64,000 nt of DNA from NCBI RefSeq assembly GCF_048403405.1, contig NZ_CP183129.1; one strand, 5' to 3'. The notes under the pieces are model-generated. The model saw only the letters and a list, made by a program, of their open reading frames with translations. It was not told the origin of the DNA and searched no databases. Positions 9,042-25,069 of the stretch are shown here, piece by piece (the stretch's first letter is position 1; each line of letters starts with the position of its first letter). The position numbers were made by a program, and so were the translations under genes. The DNA is from Escherichia coli (lineage in GTDB: Bacteria > Pseudomonadota > Gammaproteobacteria > Enterobacterales > Enterobacteriaceae).

Positions 9042-12000
9042 TTAGTCAAACTCCAGTTCCACCTGCTCCGAACCAATGAGGCCACGGAGATCGTTTAATA
9101 AACGATCGCTCGGAGAGACACGCCACGTCGCGCCAAAACGCAACCGCGCGCGTGCATCCGCCCTCTGATAGTAGAGATGTACTGGAATTGTCCCAGAGCG
9201 GTGGGGTTCCAGAGACTGACGGAGTCGGTTTAAAAGCTGGTCATCAATTTGCCTGTCCGTCAGCGAGATAGCAAGCCCGCGAGCATATTTTTCCCGGGCT
9301 TCGTCAATATCCATCACTTCGCGAGCGGTCATTTTAAGCCCACCGCTGAAGTCATCAAAGCTGACCTGTCCGCTGACGATAAGTATGCGGTCTTTTTCCA
9401 GCAATTGCTGGTATTTATCCAGGGCGTCAGTAAACAACATCACTTCCAGCCGCCCGGAACGGTCATCCAGCGTGCAGATACCGATACGATTGCCGCGCTT
9501 GGTGACCATAACCCGCGCGGCAACAACGAGCCCCGCAGCCGTGATGACTTTACCACGTTCTGTCGGGTGCATGTCTTTCAGCCTTACGCCTCCGACATAA
9601 CGCTCAATCTCTTTTAAATACTGATTGATAGGGTGTCCCGTCAGGTACAGACCTAACGTTTCACGTTCCCCATCTAATACCACCTGCTCCGGCCACGGTT
9701 GGCAGCTGGCGTAGGATTGTTCAATTTGTTCCGGCTCTTCGGCCAGCACACCGAACATATCGGCCTGACCGATAGCTTCCGCTTTCGCGTGTTGATCTGC
9801 CGCTTTTAACGCATCGCCCAGCGAGTTCATCAGCGCCGCGCGGTGTGGCCCAAGACGGTCAAACGCCCCGGACATGATCAGTTTTTCCAGCACCCGCCGG
9901 TTTAACTTTTTGGTGTCGGTTCGGGCGCAGAGATCAAACAGTTCGCGGAAGTAGCCGCCTTTATTACGGGCTTCGATGATGGCCTCAATCGGACCTTCAC
10001 CGACCCCTTTGATCGCGCCAATACCATACACGATTTCGCCGTCGTCGTTGACGTGGAAATGGTAAAGACCGGAGTTTATATCTGGTGGCAGGATTTTCAG
10101 CCCCATCCGCCAGCACTCATCCACCAGGCCCACCACCTTCTCGGTGTTGTCCATATCGGCGGTCATTACCGCCGCCATAAACTCCGCCGGATAGTGCGCT
10201 TTCAGCCATAACGTTTGATATGACACCAAAGCATAGGCCGCAGAGTGCGATTTGTTAAATCCGTAACCAGCGAATTTTTCCACCAGGTCGAAGATTTTCA
10301 TCGCCAGTTCAGCGTTGATTCCGTTCTTTTCTGCACCTTCAGCAAATACAGAACGCTGCTTAGCCATCTCTTCCGGCTTTTTCTTACCCATCGCACGACG
10401 CAGCATATCCGCGCCACCGAGGGTATAACCAGAAAGCACCTGGGCAATCTGCATGACCTGTTCCTGATACAGGATGATGCCGTAGGTTGGCTCCAGTACC
10501 GGTTTCAGGCTTTCATGCTGCCACTGCACGTCCGGATAGGAGATCTCTTCGCGACCATGTTTACGGTCGATAAAGTTATCCACCATCCCTGACTGCAACG
10601 GACCAGGGCGGAACAGTGCCACCAGTGCGATCATATCTTCGAAGCAGTCAGGTTGCAGACGCTTGATCAGGTCTTTCATGCCGCGCGATTCAAGCTGGAA
10701 TACCGCCGTGGTTTCCGAGCGTTGCAGCATATCGAAGCTTTTCTTATCATCCAGCGGGATCGCGGCGATATCCAGAGGCGGCTCGCCATTCTTCGCCCGC
10801 CGCTTGTTGATCATCTCCAGCGCCCAGTTGATGATGGTGAGCGTACGCAAACCGAGGAAGTCGAACTTCACCAGCCCGGCGTATTCAACGTCGCTTTTAT
10901 CAAACTGGGTGACCGGATGTTTGCCCTCTTCATCGCAATAAAGCGGCGCAAAATCAGTAATTTTGGTCGGCGCGATAACCACCCCACCGGCGTGCTTACC
11001 GGCGTTACGGGTGACCCCTTCCAGTTTGCGCGCCATGTCGATCAGCGCCTTAACTTCTTCATCCGCTTCGTAGATTTCCGGCAGCTGCGGCTCGGCTTCA
11101 AACGCTTTTGCCAGCGTCATCCCCGGATCGGGCGGGATCAGTTTCGAGATACGATCGACAAAGCCGTACGGATGCCCCAGAACGCGGCCTACGTCGCGGA
11201 TCACCGCTTTCGCCGCCATCGTACCGAAGGTGATAATCTGCGATACCGCATCACGACCGTACATGTCTGCCACGTGTTCGATAACCTGATCGCGTTTCTC
11301 CATACAGAAGTCAACGTCAAAGTCAGGCATGGAGACACGTTCCGGGTTAAGGAAACGTTCGAACAGCAGGTCAAATTCCAGCGGATCGAGATCGGTGATT
11401 TTTAACGCGTAGGCCACCAGTGACCCTGCACCAGAACCACGGCCTGGCCCTACCGGTACACCGTTATCTTTCGACCACTGGATAAATTCCATAACGATGA
11501 GGAAGTAACCCGGGAAGCCCATCTGGTTGATAACCTGAAGTTCAGTATCCAGACGTTCGTCATACTCCGGGCGGCGCTTAACACGTTCTTCCTCGTCAGG
11601 GAATAAAAATGCCAGACGCTCTTCCAGGCCCTCTTTTGCACGCTTGACCAGATAATCTTCGGTACTCATGTCCCCGGTCGGGAATTGCGGCAAGAAGTAT
11701 TCACCCAGACGCACGGTTACGTTACAACGTTTGGCTATCTCAACGGTGTTGGCAAGGGCTTCGGGAATGTCGGCAAAAAGCTCGCACATCTCCTCTTCGC
11801 TACGCATATATTGCTGCGGCGAATAGTTACGCGGGCGTTTAGGATCGTCGAGGGTAAAGCCGTCGTGGATCGCGACGCGGATTTCGTGTGCGTCAAAGTC
11901 GCTGCTGTCGATAAAGCGCACGTCGTTGGTCGCCACGACGGGCAAACCGCGCGCTTCCGCCAGTTCCACCGCAGCGTGCAGATAGCTTTCTTCGTCCGGC

Positions 12001-12524
12001 CTTCCGGTGCGGATCAGCTCGAGAAAATAGCGATCCGGGAAGTGTTCTTCATAAAACGCGACACACTCATCTACCAGCGCGCTGTTACCACGCAAAAGAC
12101 TGCGTCCGACGTCGCCCATGCGCCCGCCGGAAAGGAGGATCAGCCCTTCGTTTAATTCGATAAGCCAGTCGCGATCGATGATCGGCCCGGCAGCACCGTA
12201 CCCGCGCTGATACGCTTTTGAGATCAGCAACGTCAGATTCTGATAGCCGGTATTGTTCGCCGCCAGCACCGTCAGGTGGGTTAACTCATCACCCAGCAGG
12301 TCGCACTGGACATTAAAATCTGCCCCGACGATAGGCTTAATCCCTGCGCCATGTCCCGCTCCGTAGAACTTCACCAGACCGCAAAGGTTGGTGAAATCGG
12401 TGATCGCCAGTGCTGGCATCCCTAACGCCGCCGCCTTTTTTACCAGCGGCGCGGTTTTGGCCAGGCCATCGATCATCGAGTAGTCGCTGTGCACCCGCAG
12501 GTGTACGAAACGTGGTTCAGACAT
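9042..12524 (-). CDS. dnaE: DNA polymerase III alpha subunit
   Basis: 1160-aa ORF with an N-terminal PHP domain ([13 protein letters not shown]) and the polymerase core. Confidence 0.97.
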   Translation of the reverse strand: MSEPRFVHLRVHSDYSMIDGLAKTAPLVKKAAALGMPALAITDFTNLCGLVKFYGAGHGAGIKPIVGADFNVQCDLLGDELTHLTVLAANNTGYQNLTLLISKAYQRGYGAAGPIIDRDWLIELNEGLILLSGGRMGDVGRSLLRGNSALVDECVAFYEEHFPDRYFLELIRTGRPDEESYLHAAVELAEARGLPVVATNDVRFIDSSDFDAHEIRVAIHDGFTLDDPKRPRNYSPQQYMRSEEEMCELFADIPEALANTVEIAKRCNVTVRLGEYFLPQFPTGDMSTEDYLVKRAKEGLEERLAFLFPDEEERVKRRPEYDERLDTELQVINQMGFPGYFLIVMEFIQWSKDNGVPVGPGRGSGAGSLVAYALKITDLDPLEFDLLFERFLNPERVSMPDFDVDFCMEKRDQVIEHVADMYGRDAVSQIITFGTMAAKAVIRDVGRVLGHPYGFVDRISKLIPPDPGMTLAKAFEAEPQLPEIYEADEEVKALIDMARKLEGVTRNAGKHAGGVVIAPTKITDFAPLYCDEEGKHPVTQFDKSDVEYAGLVKFDFLGLRTLTIINWALEMINKRRAKNGEPPLDIAAIPLDDKKSFDMLQRSETTAVFQLESRGMKDLIKRLQPDCFEDMIALVALFRPGPLQSGMVDNFIDRKHGREEISYPDVQWQHESLKPVLEPTYGIILYQEQVMQIAQVLSGYTLGGADMLRRAMGKKKPEEMAKQRSVFAEGAEKNGINAELAMKIFDLVEKFAGYGFNKSHSAAYALVSYQTLWLKAHYPAEFMAAVMTADMDNTEKVVGLVDECWRMGLKILPPDINSGLYHFHVNDDGEIVYGIGAIKGVGEGPIEAIIEARNKGGYFRELFDLCARTDTKKLNRRVLEKLIMSGAFDRLGPHRAALMNSLGDALKAADQHAKAEAIGQADMFGVLAEEPEQIEQSYASCQPWPEQVVLDGERETLGLYLTGHPINQYLKEIERYVGGVRLKDMHPTERGKVITAAGLVVAARVMVTKRGNRIGICTLDDRSGRLEVMLFTDALDKYQQLLEKDRILIVSGQVSFDDFSGGLKMTAREVMDIDEAREKYARGLAISLTDRQIDDQLLNRLRQSLEPHRSGTIPVHLYYQRADARARLRFGATWRVSPSDRLLNDLRGLIGSEQVELEFD

Positions 12525-12560
12525 CTTCAGATTCCGGTTTACTTAATCTCGACACAAGAA

Positions 12561-13157
12561 TCAGGACGCAAGTCCCAGTGCGCGTTTGACAGGCCCAAAG
12601 CTGCGCCGATGGTGTTCGGTCGCGCCGTGTTCAGCCAGTTTTTCCAGATGAAAAGCGGTTGGATACCCTTTGTGTTGGGCAAAACCATATTGCGGGAAAA
12701 CAATATCCAGCGCCGCCATTTCGGCGTCGCGCGTCACTTTCGCCAGGATAGACGCAGCACTGATTTCTGGTACGCGGCTATCGCCTTTCACCACTGCCAT
12801 CGAAGGCATCGGTAATTTCGGGCAGCGGTTACCATCAATCAACACATATTCCGGCGCAATATGCAGCCCAGCGACGGCACGCTGCATCGCCAGCATGGTC
12901 GCATGTAAAATATTCAGTTCGTCGATTTCGTGAGGTTCCGCTCGGCCCAGACTCCAGCTCAACGCTTTCTCTTTGATCTCTTCACAGAGCGCCAGACGGC
13001 GTTTTTCGCTCAGCTTTTTGGAATCATTCAGCCCGGCAATCGGGCGCGACGGGTCAAGGATCACCGCAGCGGTGACGACCGCGCCAACTAACGGCCCGCG
13101 TCCGACTTCATCCACACCCGCAACCAGCTGCGTGTGCGGATAAACAAATTCGATCAT
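12561..13157 (-). CDS. rnhB: Ribonuclease HII
   Basis: 198-aa ORF ([10 protein letters not shown] motif); overlaps the lpxB stop by 4 nt. Confidence 0.93.
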   Translation of the reverse strand: MIEFVYPHTQLVAGVDEVGRGPLVGAVVTAAVILDPSRPIAGLNDSKKLSEKRRLALCEEIKEKALSWSLGRAEPHEIDELNILHATMLAMQRAVAGLHIAPEYVLIDGNRCPKLPMPSMAVVKGDSRVPEISAASILAKVTRDAEMAALDIVFPQYGFAQHKGYPTAFHLEKLAEHGATEHHRRSFGPVKRALGLAS

Positions 13158-14302
13158 TGTGCTAACTCCAGAACGGCTTGTGCCGCCTGCTCATCGGCAT
13201 TGCAGCGGATCTGCTGATGCAGTTCACGGAAGGTGTCGTGCATCGCGTGGCTGGTTTTCCCGTTCGCCAACAGCGGTAACAGCGCCGCAGCCAGTTTTTG
13301 CGGCTCACACTCTTCCTGCAATAACTCTTTGACTAACTCTCTGCCCGCCAGCAAATTGGGTAGAGAGACATAATCAGTTTTCACCAGTCGCTTCGCCAGC
13401 CAGAAGGTAAAAGGCTTCATGCGATATCCCACTACCATCGGGCATTTCGCCAGCATGCACTCCAGTGCTGCCGTCCCCGACGCCAGTAGTGCCGCATCAC
13501 TGGCGACCATCGCCTCACGGCCCATCCCATCCAGCATATGAACCGACAGGTCTGGCGCAACTTCAGCTTTGATGCGTTCAAACTGCTCGCGGCGTTTGGC
13601 ATTCACCAGCGGCACCACGATTTCGAGATCCGGATATGTCTGGCGCAAAAGCTGGGCCGTTTTCAGAAAATCGGCGCTAAGCATTTCGACTTCCGCACCA
13701 CGGCTGCCCGGCAACAATGCCAGACAGTGGGCATCGTGAGGGATCCCCAGCACATCACGGGCACCATTTTTATCTGGATCTAATGGCATGGCATCAGCCA
13801 TGGTATGACCGATAAAGCGGCACGGTACGTTGTATTTGTCATAAAACGCTTTTTCGAAAGGCAGAAATGCGAGCACCAGATCGGTGGCTCTGCCTATTTT
13901 GAAAACGCGTTTCTGTCGCCACGCCCAGACGGATGGACTGACGTAATGAATGGTTTTGATACCCTGCTTTTTGAGGTTACCTTCAAGAGTAATATTGAAG
14001 TCAGGCGCATCAATACCGACAAAAACATCTGGCTTCAGTTCGCCAAAACGCTTTGTCAGATCGGCACGAATATGCAGTAAGCGACGCAGACGCCCGAGCA
14101 CTTCAACAATGCCCATCACCGCCAGTTCTTCCATTTCGTACCAGGCTTCGCAGCCTTCAGCCTGCATTCGTGGCCCGGCAACACCAACAAAGCGGGCGTT
14201 GGGCACACGTTCTTTCAGAGCGCGGATTAAACCGGCCCCCAGGATATCGCCGGAGGTTTCTCCGGCGACCAGGGCAATCGTTAATGGACGCTGTTCAGTC
14301 AT
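13154..14302 (-). CDS. lpxB: Lipid-A-disaccharide synthase
   Basis: 382-aa ORF; position in the lpxD-fabZ-lpxA-lpxB cluster. Confidence 0.93.
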   Translation of the reverse strand: MTEQRPLTIALVAGETSGDILGAGLIRALKERVPNARFVGVAGPRMQAEGCEAWYEMEELAVMGIVEVLGRLRRLLHIRADLTKRFGELKPDVFVGIDAPDFNITLEGNLKKQGIKTIHYVSPSVWAWRQKRVFKIGRATDLVLAFLPFEKAFYDKYNVPCRFIGHTMADAMPLDPDKNGARDVLGIPHDAHCLALLPGSRGAEVEMLSADFLKTAQLLRQTYPDLEIVVPLVNAKRREQFERIKAEVAPDLSVHMLDGMGREAMVASDAALLASGTAALECMLAKCPMVVGYRMKPFTFWLAKRLVKTDYVSLPNLLAGRELVKELLQEECEPQKLAAALLPLLANGKTSHAMHDTFRELHQQIRCNADEQAAQAVLELAQ

Positions 14303-15090
14303 TAACGAATCAGACCGCGCGTTGAGCGTGCAAAGAAATCGGTAAAGGCTTTCACTTCCGGATATGTTTCCGCCAGTTCAGCAATTTCCGGTTTCACTTC
14401 ATCGAGCGTTTTACCGCTACGATAAATCAGCTTATACGCATTGCGGATAGCGGTAATCGCCTCACGGCTGAATCCGCGGCGCTTCAGCCCTTCGATATTG
14501 ACACCGAACGGCGTTGCATGGTTACCCTGCGCAATGACATAAGGAGGGACGTCCTGCGCCACACCGGAGCAGCCGCCAACCATCACATGCGCACCAATGA
14601 TGCAGAACTGATGGACTGCGGTCATGCCGCCGATGATCGCGAAGTCGTCAACCGATACGTGACCCGCCAGCGTTGCGTTGTTGGCGAGAATACAGCGGTT
14701 ACCTACCGTACAATCGTGCGCAATATGCGCGTTGATCATCAGTAAGTTGTCGCTGCCCACCTTCGTCAATCCACCGCCCTGGACTGTGCCACGATGAATG
14801 GTGACGCTTTCGCGAATGCGGTTACGATCGCCGATTTCCACGCGGGTCGGTTCGCCAGCATATTTCAGATCCTGGTTAACTTCGCCGATGGAGGCGAACT
14901 GATAAATCTCATTATCGCGGCCAATTTTAGTATGACCATTCACGACAACGTGAGATTTCAGTACGGTACCCTCACCAATTTCGACATGGGGTCCAACGAT
15001 ACAAAAAGGACCAATGTGAGCGTTCGCGCCAATCGACGCGCCCTCTTCCACAATGGCGGTTGGATGCACAAAGGCGGATTTATCAATCAC
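14302..15090 (-). CDS. lpxA: UDP-N-acetylglucosamine acyltransferase
   Basis: 262-aa ORF with left-handed beta-helix hexapeptide repeats. Confidence 0.95.
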
Positions 15091-15093
15091 GTA

Positions 15094-15549
15094 TCAGGCC
15101 TCCCGGCTACGAGCACACATCATCGTTGCTTCGCAAACTACTTTACCGTCGACCAGAGCAACCCCTTTAAAACGGGTCAGGCCGCGGCGCGTTTTTTCGA
15201 AAGTGACTTCCATGATCATTTGATCGCCAGGCACGACCGGGCGCTTGAAGCGCGCTTCGTCAATACCAGCGAAGTAGTACAGCTCACCCGGTTCCAGTTT
15301 TCCTACGCTTTTAAACGCCAGAATACCTGTTGCCTGTGCCATTGCTTCCAGAATCAGCACTCCCGGGAAAATCGGTTTTCCAGGGAAATGGCCCTGGAAG
15401 AATGGCTCATTGACAGAGACATTTTTTACTGCGCGCAGAAAACGACCTTCTTCAAAATCCAGCACGCGATCCACCAGTAAGAACGGGAAACGGTGCGGCA
15501 GAAGTTCTAAAATCTCTTCAATCTGCAGAGTATGAGTGTTAGTAGTCAA
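15094..15549 (-). CDS. fabZ: 3-hydroxyacyl-ACP dehydratase FabZ
   Basis: 151-aa product [27 protein letters not shown]... starting at a TTG codon (15547..15549); the track ORF extends further upstream. Confidence 0.9.
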
Positions 15550-15653
15550 GATACTCTTCCTGTCAAAATATAAGAAACGACAATAATAACACGGCCTGCC
15601 GCAATCGTAAGAATGAGACAGGCCGTAAAGTTTGGCGAACAAAAGATGGAACG

Positions 15654-16679
15654 TTAGTCTTGTTGATTAACCTTGCGCTCAAGCGATTTCAGACGCTTGC
15701 TCATGTCATCAATGTTCATCACCAGTGCAGCGGTTTTGCGCCAGACTTTGTTGGGTTGCAGCGGAATGCCTGAGGAATAGACGCCTGGTTCAGTGATGGG
15801 ACGCATCACCATACCCATGCCCGTAACCGTCACTTTGTCGCATATTTCCATATGCCCGTTGATTACGCTGGCTCCGCCGATCATGCAGTAACGACCAATT
15901 TTCAGGCTGCCCGCCATAATGACGCCACCGGCAACCGCCGTATTGTCGCCAATCACGACGTTATGTGCAATCTGGCACTGGTTATCAATGATCACGCCAT
16001 TGCCAATAACAGTGTCATCCAGCGCGCCGCGATCGATGGTTGTGCAGGCACCGATCTCCACGCGATCGCCAATAATTACGCGACCAATCTGTGGGATCTT
16101 CACCCAGTTACCACGATCGTTGGCATAACCAAAGCCGTCTGCGCCTACCACTGTTCCGGACTGGATCAGGCAATTCTGACCGATCTGGATCTCATGGTAA
16201 ATGGTTACGTTCGCCCAAAGACGCGAACCTGCACCGATTTTGCTGTTTTTACCTACGAAGCAACCGGCACCGATAATCACGTTATCGCCCAGTTCAACGC
16301 CGGACTCAATCACCGCGTTAGCGCCAATCGATACGTTGTTACCCAGCTTCGCCGTCGCGTCGATCACCGCACTGGGTGCAATGTTCTGCGCAGGCTGCGG
16401 CGTGGTATCTAAAATTTGCGCCATGCGCGCGTAAGTCAGGTAGGGATTCTTCACTACCAGTGCGGCACTTTTCGCGAAAGGAAGATCGTCCTGGGTCATG
16501 ACAACCGCGGACGCCTGGCACAAGCCTAAATGCTCACGGTATTTTGGGTTAACCATGAACGTGATGTGACCTGTTTGTGCAGATTGCATGGACGCAACGC
16601 CGGTGATGACGATATCGCCATCACCGTGTAGTTCTGCATCCAACTGCTGCGCTAAATCAGCCAGTCGAATTGAAGGCAT
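15654..16679 (-). CDS. lpxD: UDP-3-O-(3-hydroxymyristoyl)glucosamine N-acyltransferase
   Basis: 341-aa [25 protein letters not shown]... with hexapeptide repeats. Confidence 0.95.
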
Positions 16680-16682
16680 TAC

Positions 16683-17168
16683 TTATTTAACCTGTTTCAG
16701 TACGTCGGCAGTGATGTCTTTTACATCGCTGCTGTTGTAAGCAACGGCGTTTGCATCAACAACCAGATCGATATCCTGGCTGTTGGCAACGGATTTCACA
16801 GCAGTCTGGATACGAGTAACCAGTTTGCCGCGTTCTTCGTTGGAACGACGTGCGCGATCCTGCTCAAAAGCCTGCGCTTTCTGAGCAAAAGTCTGGCGCT
16901 GAGCCATCACGTCTTTTTCCAGTTTGGTGCGATCGCTGCCCGCTTTCATGGACTGCAGCTTTTTCATTTTAGCCTGCAGATCGGTTTCCATACGCTGCAG
17001 TTCGCTGGCACGGCCTTTGAACTCATTTTCCAGCGTGTTAGAAACACCGGTTTTCTGCGCTACCTGCTGGAACAGGCTGCCCATATTGACGATTGCAATT
17101 TTGTCAGCCGCCTGAGCAGAAGTTGCCAGTGCTAAACCGAGACCTGCAGCTAATAACCACTTTTTCAC
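16683..17168 (-). CDS. skp: Periplasmic chaperone Skp (OmpH)
   Basis: 161-aa ORF with a signal peptide and a basic coiled-coil-like body. Confidence 0.93.
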   Translation of the reverse strand: MKKWLLAAGLGLALATSAQAADKIAIVNMGSLFQQVAQKTGVSNTLENEFKGRASELQRMETDLQAKMKKLQSMKAGSDRTKLEKDVMAQRQTFAQKAQAFEQDRARRSNEERGKLVTRIQTAVKSVANSQDIDLVVDANAVAYNSSDVKDITADVLKQVK

Positions 17169-17289
17169 AATAAACTCCTTACCATCCCATTTGCACCGGA
17201 GGGTGCAGTTCTTTGCGTGGCCCGGCGATCTTATATTGATCGCCTAAAGTCATCGCTACACTACCACTACATTCCTTTGTGGAGAACAC

Positions 17290-19740
<2,451 letters not shown>

Positions 19741-19751
19741 CTAACTAACTC

Positions 19752-21104
19752 TCATAACCGAGAGAAATCATTGAAAAGTGCAAGCCCCATTAACAGCACC
19801 AGCAGAATCGAGCCAATGCGATAACAAAAGTCTTGAACCCGCTCGGATACCGGTCCGCCCTTGATCTTTTCGATCGCAAGGAACAGCAGATGCCCCCCGT
19901 CAAGTACGGGCAACGGAAACAGGTTAATTATCCCTAAGTTCACGCTAATAAGCGCAAGAAACGGCAGGTAATAAACAACCCCGAGTTCCGCTGTCATCCC
20001 AGCCCCCTTGGCGATAGAGATCGGCCCACTGAGGTTGTTCAGTTTCACATCACCGGTGATCAATTTTCCCAGCATACTGACCGTCAGCTTCATCAGCTGC
20101 CACGTTTTGTCCGTGGCTTCGACGATGGCGTTGAACGGCCCATACTGGCGTACAACTTTATACTCATCTGGCAAAGGAATGACTTTCGGCTCAATACCGA
20201 CAAAACCAATCGCTTTACCATTACCCGGTTTACTCTCCGGGATTAATGTCAAAGACAAGGGACTCCCCTGCCTTTCGATTTCTAACGCTAAGGATTTACC
20301 CGGGTTATCCCGGACAAGCATCACAAAGGTCACCCACTGCGTTAAGGGCTGACCATCGACTTTAACGATCCTGTCGCCTGCTTGCAAACCTACCTTGCTT
20401 GCCGCCGAGTTTGGCTGCACATTTTCCAGTACAGGTTCAATTTGCGGCCCACGAGGACGAATCCCCAGCGAAGTTACCGGATCTTCTTTATCAGGCTCAA
20501 ACGCCCAGTGACGTAAATCGAGCTTTACATCCCGCCGTTGGTCGCTGCCAAATGGCGCTACCGTAATGGTGGTGCTTTCATCGCCAATTTTATCGACCAA
20601 CTGCAAACGCACGGCATCCCAATCAGGCGTTTCGATACCATCTACGGCTTTTAGTTCCGTACCTGGTGCAATTTGTGCTTCCGCAGCTATCGAATTGGCT
20701 GCTATTTCGCCAACCACCGGACGTACGCCAGGCACACCAATAATAAAAACCAGCCAGTAGGCAAAGATAGCAAAAATGAAGTTTGCAACCGGACCTGCGG
20801 CAATAATCGCCGCTCGTTGGCCGACAGATTTATTATTGAAGGCATGGTGGCGGAGTTCCGGAACGACCGGTTCTGCGCGCTCATCCAGCATTTTGACATA
20901 ACCGCCCAACGGGATCAGGGCGATAACATATTCGGTGCCGAGCTTATCAGTTCGCCGCCAGAGCGCCTTACCAAACCCTATAGAGAAACGCTCAACGCGA
21001 ACACCACAACGCCGGGCAACCCAGAAATGACCAAATTCATGCACGGTGATAAGTACACCCAGTGCAACGATGAACGAAGCCAAATCCCAGAGAAAACTCA
21101 GCAT
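19752..21104 (-). CDS. rseP: Regulator of sigma-E protease RseP (site-2 protease)
   Basis: 450-aa product [11 protein letters not shown]... with the HEFGH zinc motif and PDZ domains; the track ORF extends upstream. Confidence 0.94.
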   Translation of the reverse strand: MLSFLWDLASFIVALGVLITVHEFGHFWVARRCGVRVERFSIGFGKALWRRTDKLGTEYVIALIPLGGYVKMLDERAEPVVPELRHHAFNNKSVGQRAAIIAAGPVANFIFAIFAYWLVFIIGVPGVRPVVGEIAANSIAAEAQIAPGTELKAVDGIETPDWDAVRLQLVDKIGDESTTITVAPFGSDQRRDVKLDLRHWAFEPDKEDPVTSLGIRPRGPQIEPVLENVQPNSAASKVGLQAGDRIVKVDGQPLTQWVTFVMLVRDNPGKSLALEIERQGSPLSLTLIPESKPGNGKAIGFVGIEPKVIPLPDEYKVVRQYGPFNAIVEATDKTWQLMKLTVSMLGKLITGDVKLNNLSGPISIAKGAGMTAELGVVYYLPFLALISVNLGIINLFPLPVLDGGHLLFLAIEKIKGGPVSERVQDFCYRIGSILLVLLMGLALFNDFSRL

Positions 21105-21115
21105 ATTACCTTCCG

Positions 21116-21973
21116 TTAAAGCGTCCTGAATACCAGTAACAACAAGCAAGCAAAGACCGGTACCGCAGCCGTCAGGCTATCAATACGATCTAAAATACCA
21201 CCGTGTCCTGGAATTAAATGACCGCTGTCCTTAATTCCTGCTTCACGCTTAAACATACTCTCGGTCAGATCGCCGAGCACTGAGGCTAACGCTGCGACAA
21301 TAGAGCAAATGAGTAAGGTGACGGGAGCGACGTCGAGATTCGCCCACATGCCATAACCCCATGAGATTACCGCTGCAGTCGCGAGTCCACCTATAAAGCC
21401 TTGCCAGGTTTTACCCGGAGAAACCTTCGGTGCCAGCTTATGTTTACCAAACAATTTGCCAAACATATATGCGCCAGAGTCAGCGCCCCATACCAGGATC
21501 ATGACATAGAGCAGCCATATTGCGCCACTGTAATGATTCTCGTCGTAGTGCCAGGCCCGTAACGCCAGCATGCCCCAGAAGAAGGGAACAATGGTTAGCA
21601 CGCCAAAAATAAGGCGCAATGTTTTAGAGTTACGCCAGATTGCTGCGGAACCTGGGTAAAACAGCACCAGCAATAGCGCGACAATCCACCAACCCAGCGA
21701 AGCCCAAAGTGAGATTTCAACCAGCGGTTGATGAATATTTCGGTGATATTCCGGCAACAGAAAAAGCATCAGCGCCAACAATAACCCGCATAACACCGCC
21801 AACCATACTCGCTGCGAACGAGTGGTAAAACCGCTAAGCTGTCCCCATTCCCACGCTGCCAGCATGCAGACCACCAGCGTTACAATGGCGAACCCCACCG
21901 GCGGCAACAGAAACAACGCCGCGATGACAACGGGTATTAACACAAAAGCAGATATCAGGCGATACTTCAGCAA
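21116..21973 (-). CDS. cdsA: CDP-diglyceride synthase
   Basis: 285-aa polytopic membrane protein [22 protein letters not shown]... Confidence 0.93.
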
Positions 21974-21985
21974 AAGCGACCCCCA

Positions 21986-22747
21986 TCAGGCTGTTTCATC
22001 ACCGGGCTCGGTGCCGCCGAAACGACGCTCTCGATTAGCAAAGGCATTTAACGCCCCTTCAAAGTCTTGTTCATCGAAATCGGGCCAGAGAACATCTGTA
22101 AAGTAAAGTTCGGCATAGGCAATTTGCCAAAGCAAAAAGTTACTAATGCGATGCTCTCCCCCAGTCCTAATTACTAAATCTACAGGGGCCAGTTCATGCA
22201 TACAGACATGCTGGTTTAGCATCTCTTCATCTATCTGATCTGGTTGCAGTTTTCCTTGCTGCACCTTTTCAGCCAGTTGCCTGACTCCCTGGACTATATC
22301 CCAACGTCCACCGTAGTTCGCCGCAATATTCAGCGTCAGACCGGTATTCCCGGCTGTTAGCGCTTCAGATTTACGAATACGTTCTTGCAAACGCGAGTTA
22401 AAGCGACTGGTATCGCCAATAATACGCAGACGCACGTTATGTCGGTGCAGACTTTTTACTTCGCTATCGAGCGCCCACACAAACAGTTCCATTAACGCAC
22501 TGACTTCCTGCGCTGGTCGGTTCCAGTTTTCACTACTAAAGGCATACAGCGTTAACGCCTCAATACCGTTGTTGGCCGCAAAAGAGACAGCCCGGCGGAC
22601 GGATTTTGCCCCGGCTTTATGCCCAAAGGCACGAATCTTCCCTTGCTTTTTTGCCCAGCGACCATTGCCGTCCATAATGATCGCAACATGACGACAGCCA
22701 TGCGCTGGCAATTTTTCGCTAAGTGGTTGAGTAGCAGACAACATCAC
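21986..22747 (-). CDS. ispU: Undecaprenyl pyrophosphate synthase
   Basis: 253-aa ORF MMLSATQPL...HVAIIMDGNGRWA (cis-prenyltransferase signature). Confidence 0.95.
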   Translation of the reverse strand: MMLSATQPLSEKLPAHGCRHVAIIMDGNGRWAKKQGKIRAFGHKAGAKSVRRAVSFAANNGIEALTLYAFSSENWNRPAQEVSALMELFVWALDSEVKSLHRHNVRLRIIGDTSRFNSRLQERIRKSEALTAGNTGLTLNIAANYGGRWDIVQGVRQLAEKVQQGKLQPDQIDEEMLNQHVCMHELAPVDLVIRTGGEHRISNFLLWQIAYAELYFTDVLWPDFDEQDFEGALNAFANRERRFGGTEPGDETA

Positions 22748-22802
22748 GCGTTTTTTATTCCCTGACAGGGTTTACGGTACTCAGGAATACTGAAGCCTAT
22801 AC

Positions 22803-22828
22803 AAAAAAAAGCCGTGTAAAACCACGGC
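22803..22828 (-). terminator. Intrinsic terminator after dxr
   Basis: Minus-strand hairpin gccgtg...cacggc followed by an 8-nt T-run (plus strand aaaaaaaagccgtgtaaaaccacggc). Confidence 0.65.
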
Positions 22829-22932
22829 ATACCTGACCTTATAAAGCCAACTACTTACGATCAGATGGCGCAGACTATATCACTGAAGCCCTACGCTAAC
22901 AAATAGCGCGACTCTCTGTAGCCGGATTATCC

Positions 22933-24129
22933 TCAGCTTGCGAGACGCATCACCTCTTTTCTGGCGACTTCACGCGCGTTCGCATCAACAGATAACACAT
23001 CGTCCACACATTGTGTTTCGCGCATATCCATTTTTTCCAGTACGGATAAATTCAACGCAGCGATATCCGTAAAGCGGATTTGTTGCGCAAGAAAAGCAGC
23101 AACGGTGATTTCGTTTGCGGCATTCAATGCTGTCGTCGCTGCCTGGCCTTGTTCGAACGCCTCCATCGCCAGTTTCAAGCATGGATAACGATCATAATCC
23201 GGTGCGGCAAATGTCAACGCACTTAGTTTGCAAAAATCAAGCGGCTTCACGCCAGAGTTCACGCGATTCGGCCATGCCATGGTGTGGGCAATTGGCGTAC
23301 GCATATCCGGTTCCCCCAGCTGCGCCAGAACACTGCCGTCCTGATAGCGCACCATTGAGTGAATCACTGACTGCGGGTGAATCAGCACTTCCATCTGGCT
23401 GGCGCTGGCGTTAAACAGCCAACGCGCTTCAATGTATTCCAGACCTTTGTTCATCATGGTAGCCGAATCGACAGAAATTTTACGCCCCATCGACCAGTTC
23501 GGATGACGGCAGGCTTGATCCGGCGTCATTGTTGCCAAATCGCGCAATGGCGTCTCACGGAAAGGGCCACCAGACCCGGTAAGTAAAATGGACACCACGC
23601 CATTTTGCTCAAGGTCAGCGTATCCCAGATTATGCTGGATAGGTTGCGGTAAACTCTGAAAAATGGCGTTATGTTCGCTATCGACCGGTAACAATTGCGC
23701 TTTGCTCTGCTTTACGGCGTCCATAAACAGACGTCCGCAAGTAACCAGTGATTCTTTATTGGCCAGCAAAATGGTTTTACCCGCGCGGATCGCAGCAAGC
23801 GTAGGTAACAGCCCAGCAGCGCCAACAATGGCTGCCATCACCTGATCAACATCCTCAAGCGCTGCCATATCGCAAGCGGCTTGTTGCCCACTTAAGACTT
23901 CGGTGCGGCTACCCTGTTGCTGTAGCATCGTTTTAAGAAGTTTCGCACTCGCTTCATCGTCCATTACAGCATAGCGGGGAGAGAATTCCAGGCACTGTTC
24001 TACCATGCGAGTGACATTTTTGCCTGCCACCAGCGCAACTACGCGGAAGTGTTCGGGATTATGGCGCACCACGTCCAGCGTGCTGCAACCAATCGAGCCG
24101 GTCGAGCCCAGAATGGTGAGTTGCTTCAT
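22933..24129 (-). CDS. dxr: 1-deoxy-D-xylulose 5-phosphate reductoisomerase
   Basis: 398-aa [23 protein letters not shown]... with an NADPH-binding N-terminus. Confidence 0.95.
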   Translation of the reverse strand: MKQLTILGSTGSIGCSTLDVVRHNPEHFRVVALVAGKNVTRMVEQCLEFSPRYAVMDDEASAKLLKTMLQQQGSRTEVLSGQQAACDMAALEDVDQVMAAIVGAAGLLPTLAAIRAGKTILLANKESLVTCGRLFMDAVKQSKAQLLPVDSEHNAIFQSLPQPIQHNLGYADLEQNGVVSILLTGSGGPFRETPLRDLATMTPDQACRHPNWSMGRKISVDSATMMNKGLEYIEARWLFNASASQMEVLIHPQSVIHSMVRYQDGSVLAQLGEPDMRTPIAHTMAWPNRVNSGVKPLDFCKLSALTFAAPDYDRYPCLKLAMEAFEQGQAATTALNAANEITVAAFLAQQIRFTDIAALNLSVLEKMDMRETQCVDDVLSVDANAREVARKEVMRLAS

Positions 24130-24162
24130 GAAACATCCAGAGTTGAGACAGAATAAAAAGCA

Positions 24163-24206
24163 AAACGCCGCCAGCCGATCCGCAAGGATCTACTGAGCGG
24201 CGTTTT
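24163..24206 (-). terminator. Terminator hairpin after frr (bidirectional-looking)
   Basis: Outer inverted repeat aacgccgc/gcggcgtt enclosing the palindrome gatccgcaaggatc, flanked by A/T runs on both sides. Confidence 0.55.
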
Positions 24207-24220
24207 TGTCGTTCAAGAAA

Positions 24221-24778
24221 TCAGAACTGCATCAGTTCTGCTTCTTTGTCTGCCAGCGCCGCTTCAATTTTCTTGATTGCAGCATCAGTCAGTTTCTGTA
24301 CATCGTCCTGAGAACGGCGATCGTCGTCTTCGCTGATCTCTTTATCTTTCAACAGTGCTTTCACTTTGTCGTTCGCGTCACGACGCACGTTACGTACTGC
24401 AACACGCGCTTGTTCTGCTTCACCACGAACGATTTTGGTCAAATCTTTACGACGTTCTTCCGTCAGCGGCGGCAGCGGAACACGGATGTCGCTACCCGCG
24501 GAGTTCGGGTTCAGGCCAAGATCGGACGCCATAATCGCTTTTTCAACGGCCGGAGACATTGAACGATCAAACACGTTGATTTTCAGAGTACGGGAATCTT
24601 CTACCGTTACGCTTGCCAGCTGACGCAGCGGCGTCGGCGTGCCGTAATATTCCACGACAATGCCATCCAGCAGGCTGGGAGAAGCACGACCCGTGCGTAT
24701 TTTGCTGATTTGGGTTTTGAACGCTTCTACGCATTTGTCCATGCGTACTTCAGCATCTTTTCTGATATCGCTAATCAC
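24221..24778 (-). CDS. frr: Ribosome recycling factor
   Basis: 185-aa [24 protein letters not shown]... Confidence 0.96.
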
Positions 24779-25069
24779 GTTACGAATCCTTGAAAACTTG
24801 TCTCAGTCAGACCAGACAGTCACACACAGTGGAAGTGTGCTAAGTATAGCCCTGATTAAACATATTACGGGTAATCGTCTGGATTATTAGGCTATTTTAT
24901 TTGCCATTTTGGCCCCGGGCAGTGCTCGCCATCCTCACGTACTTGTGTACGCTCCGGTTGCTGCGCGCTGGCCGTGACCAAACTGCCTGCAACAATAACG
25001 CCTTATAACCAGACTTACGCCCCCGCGATACTTACGCGGAATCTTACCCTTATTTATCCATCACGGGAA

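Noticed and set aside
6875-11405. Several long antisense ORFs inside ldcC, accA and dnaE (for example 6875..7777, 8202..9098, 10653..11405); the same applies to 47359..48201 in fhuA, 57762..58571 in pcnB and 28153..28851 in map
   Set aside because: Each lies wholly within and opposite a confidently identified gene, and the translations are Arg/His/Phe-rich nonsense typical of shadow ORFs. Not supported as genes.
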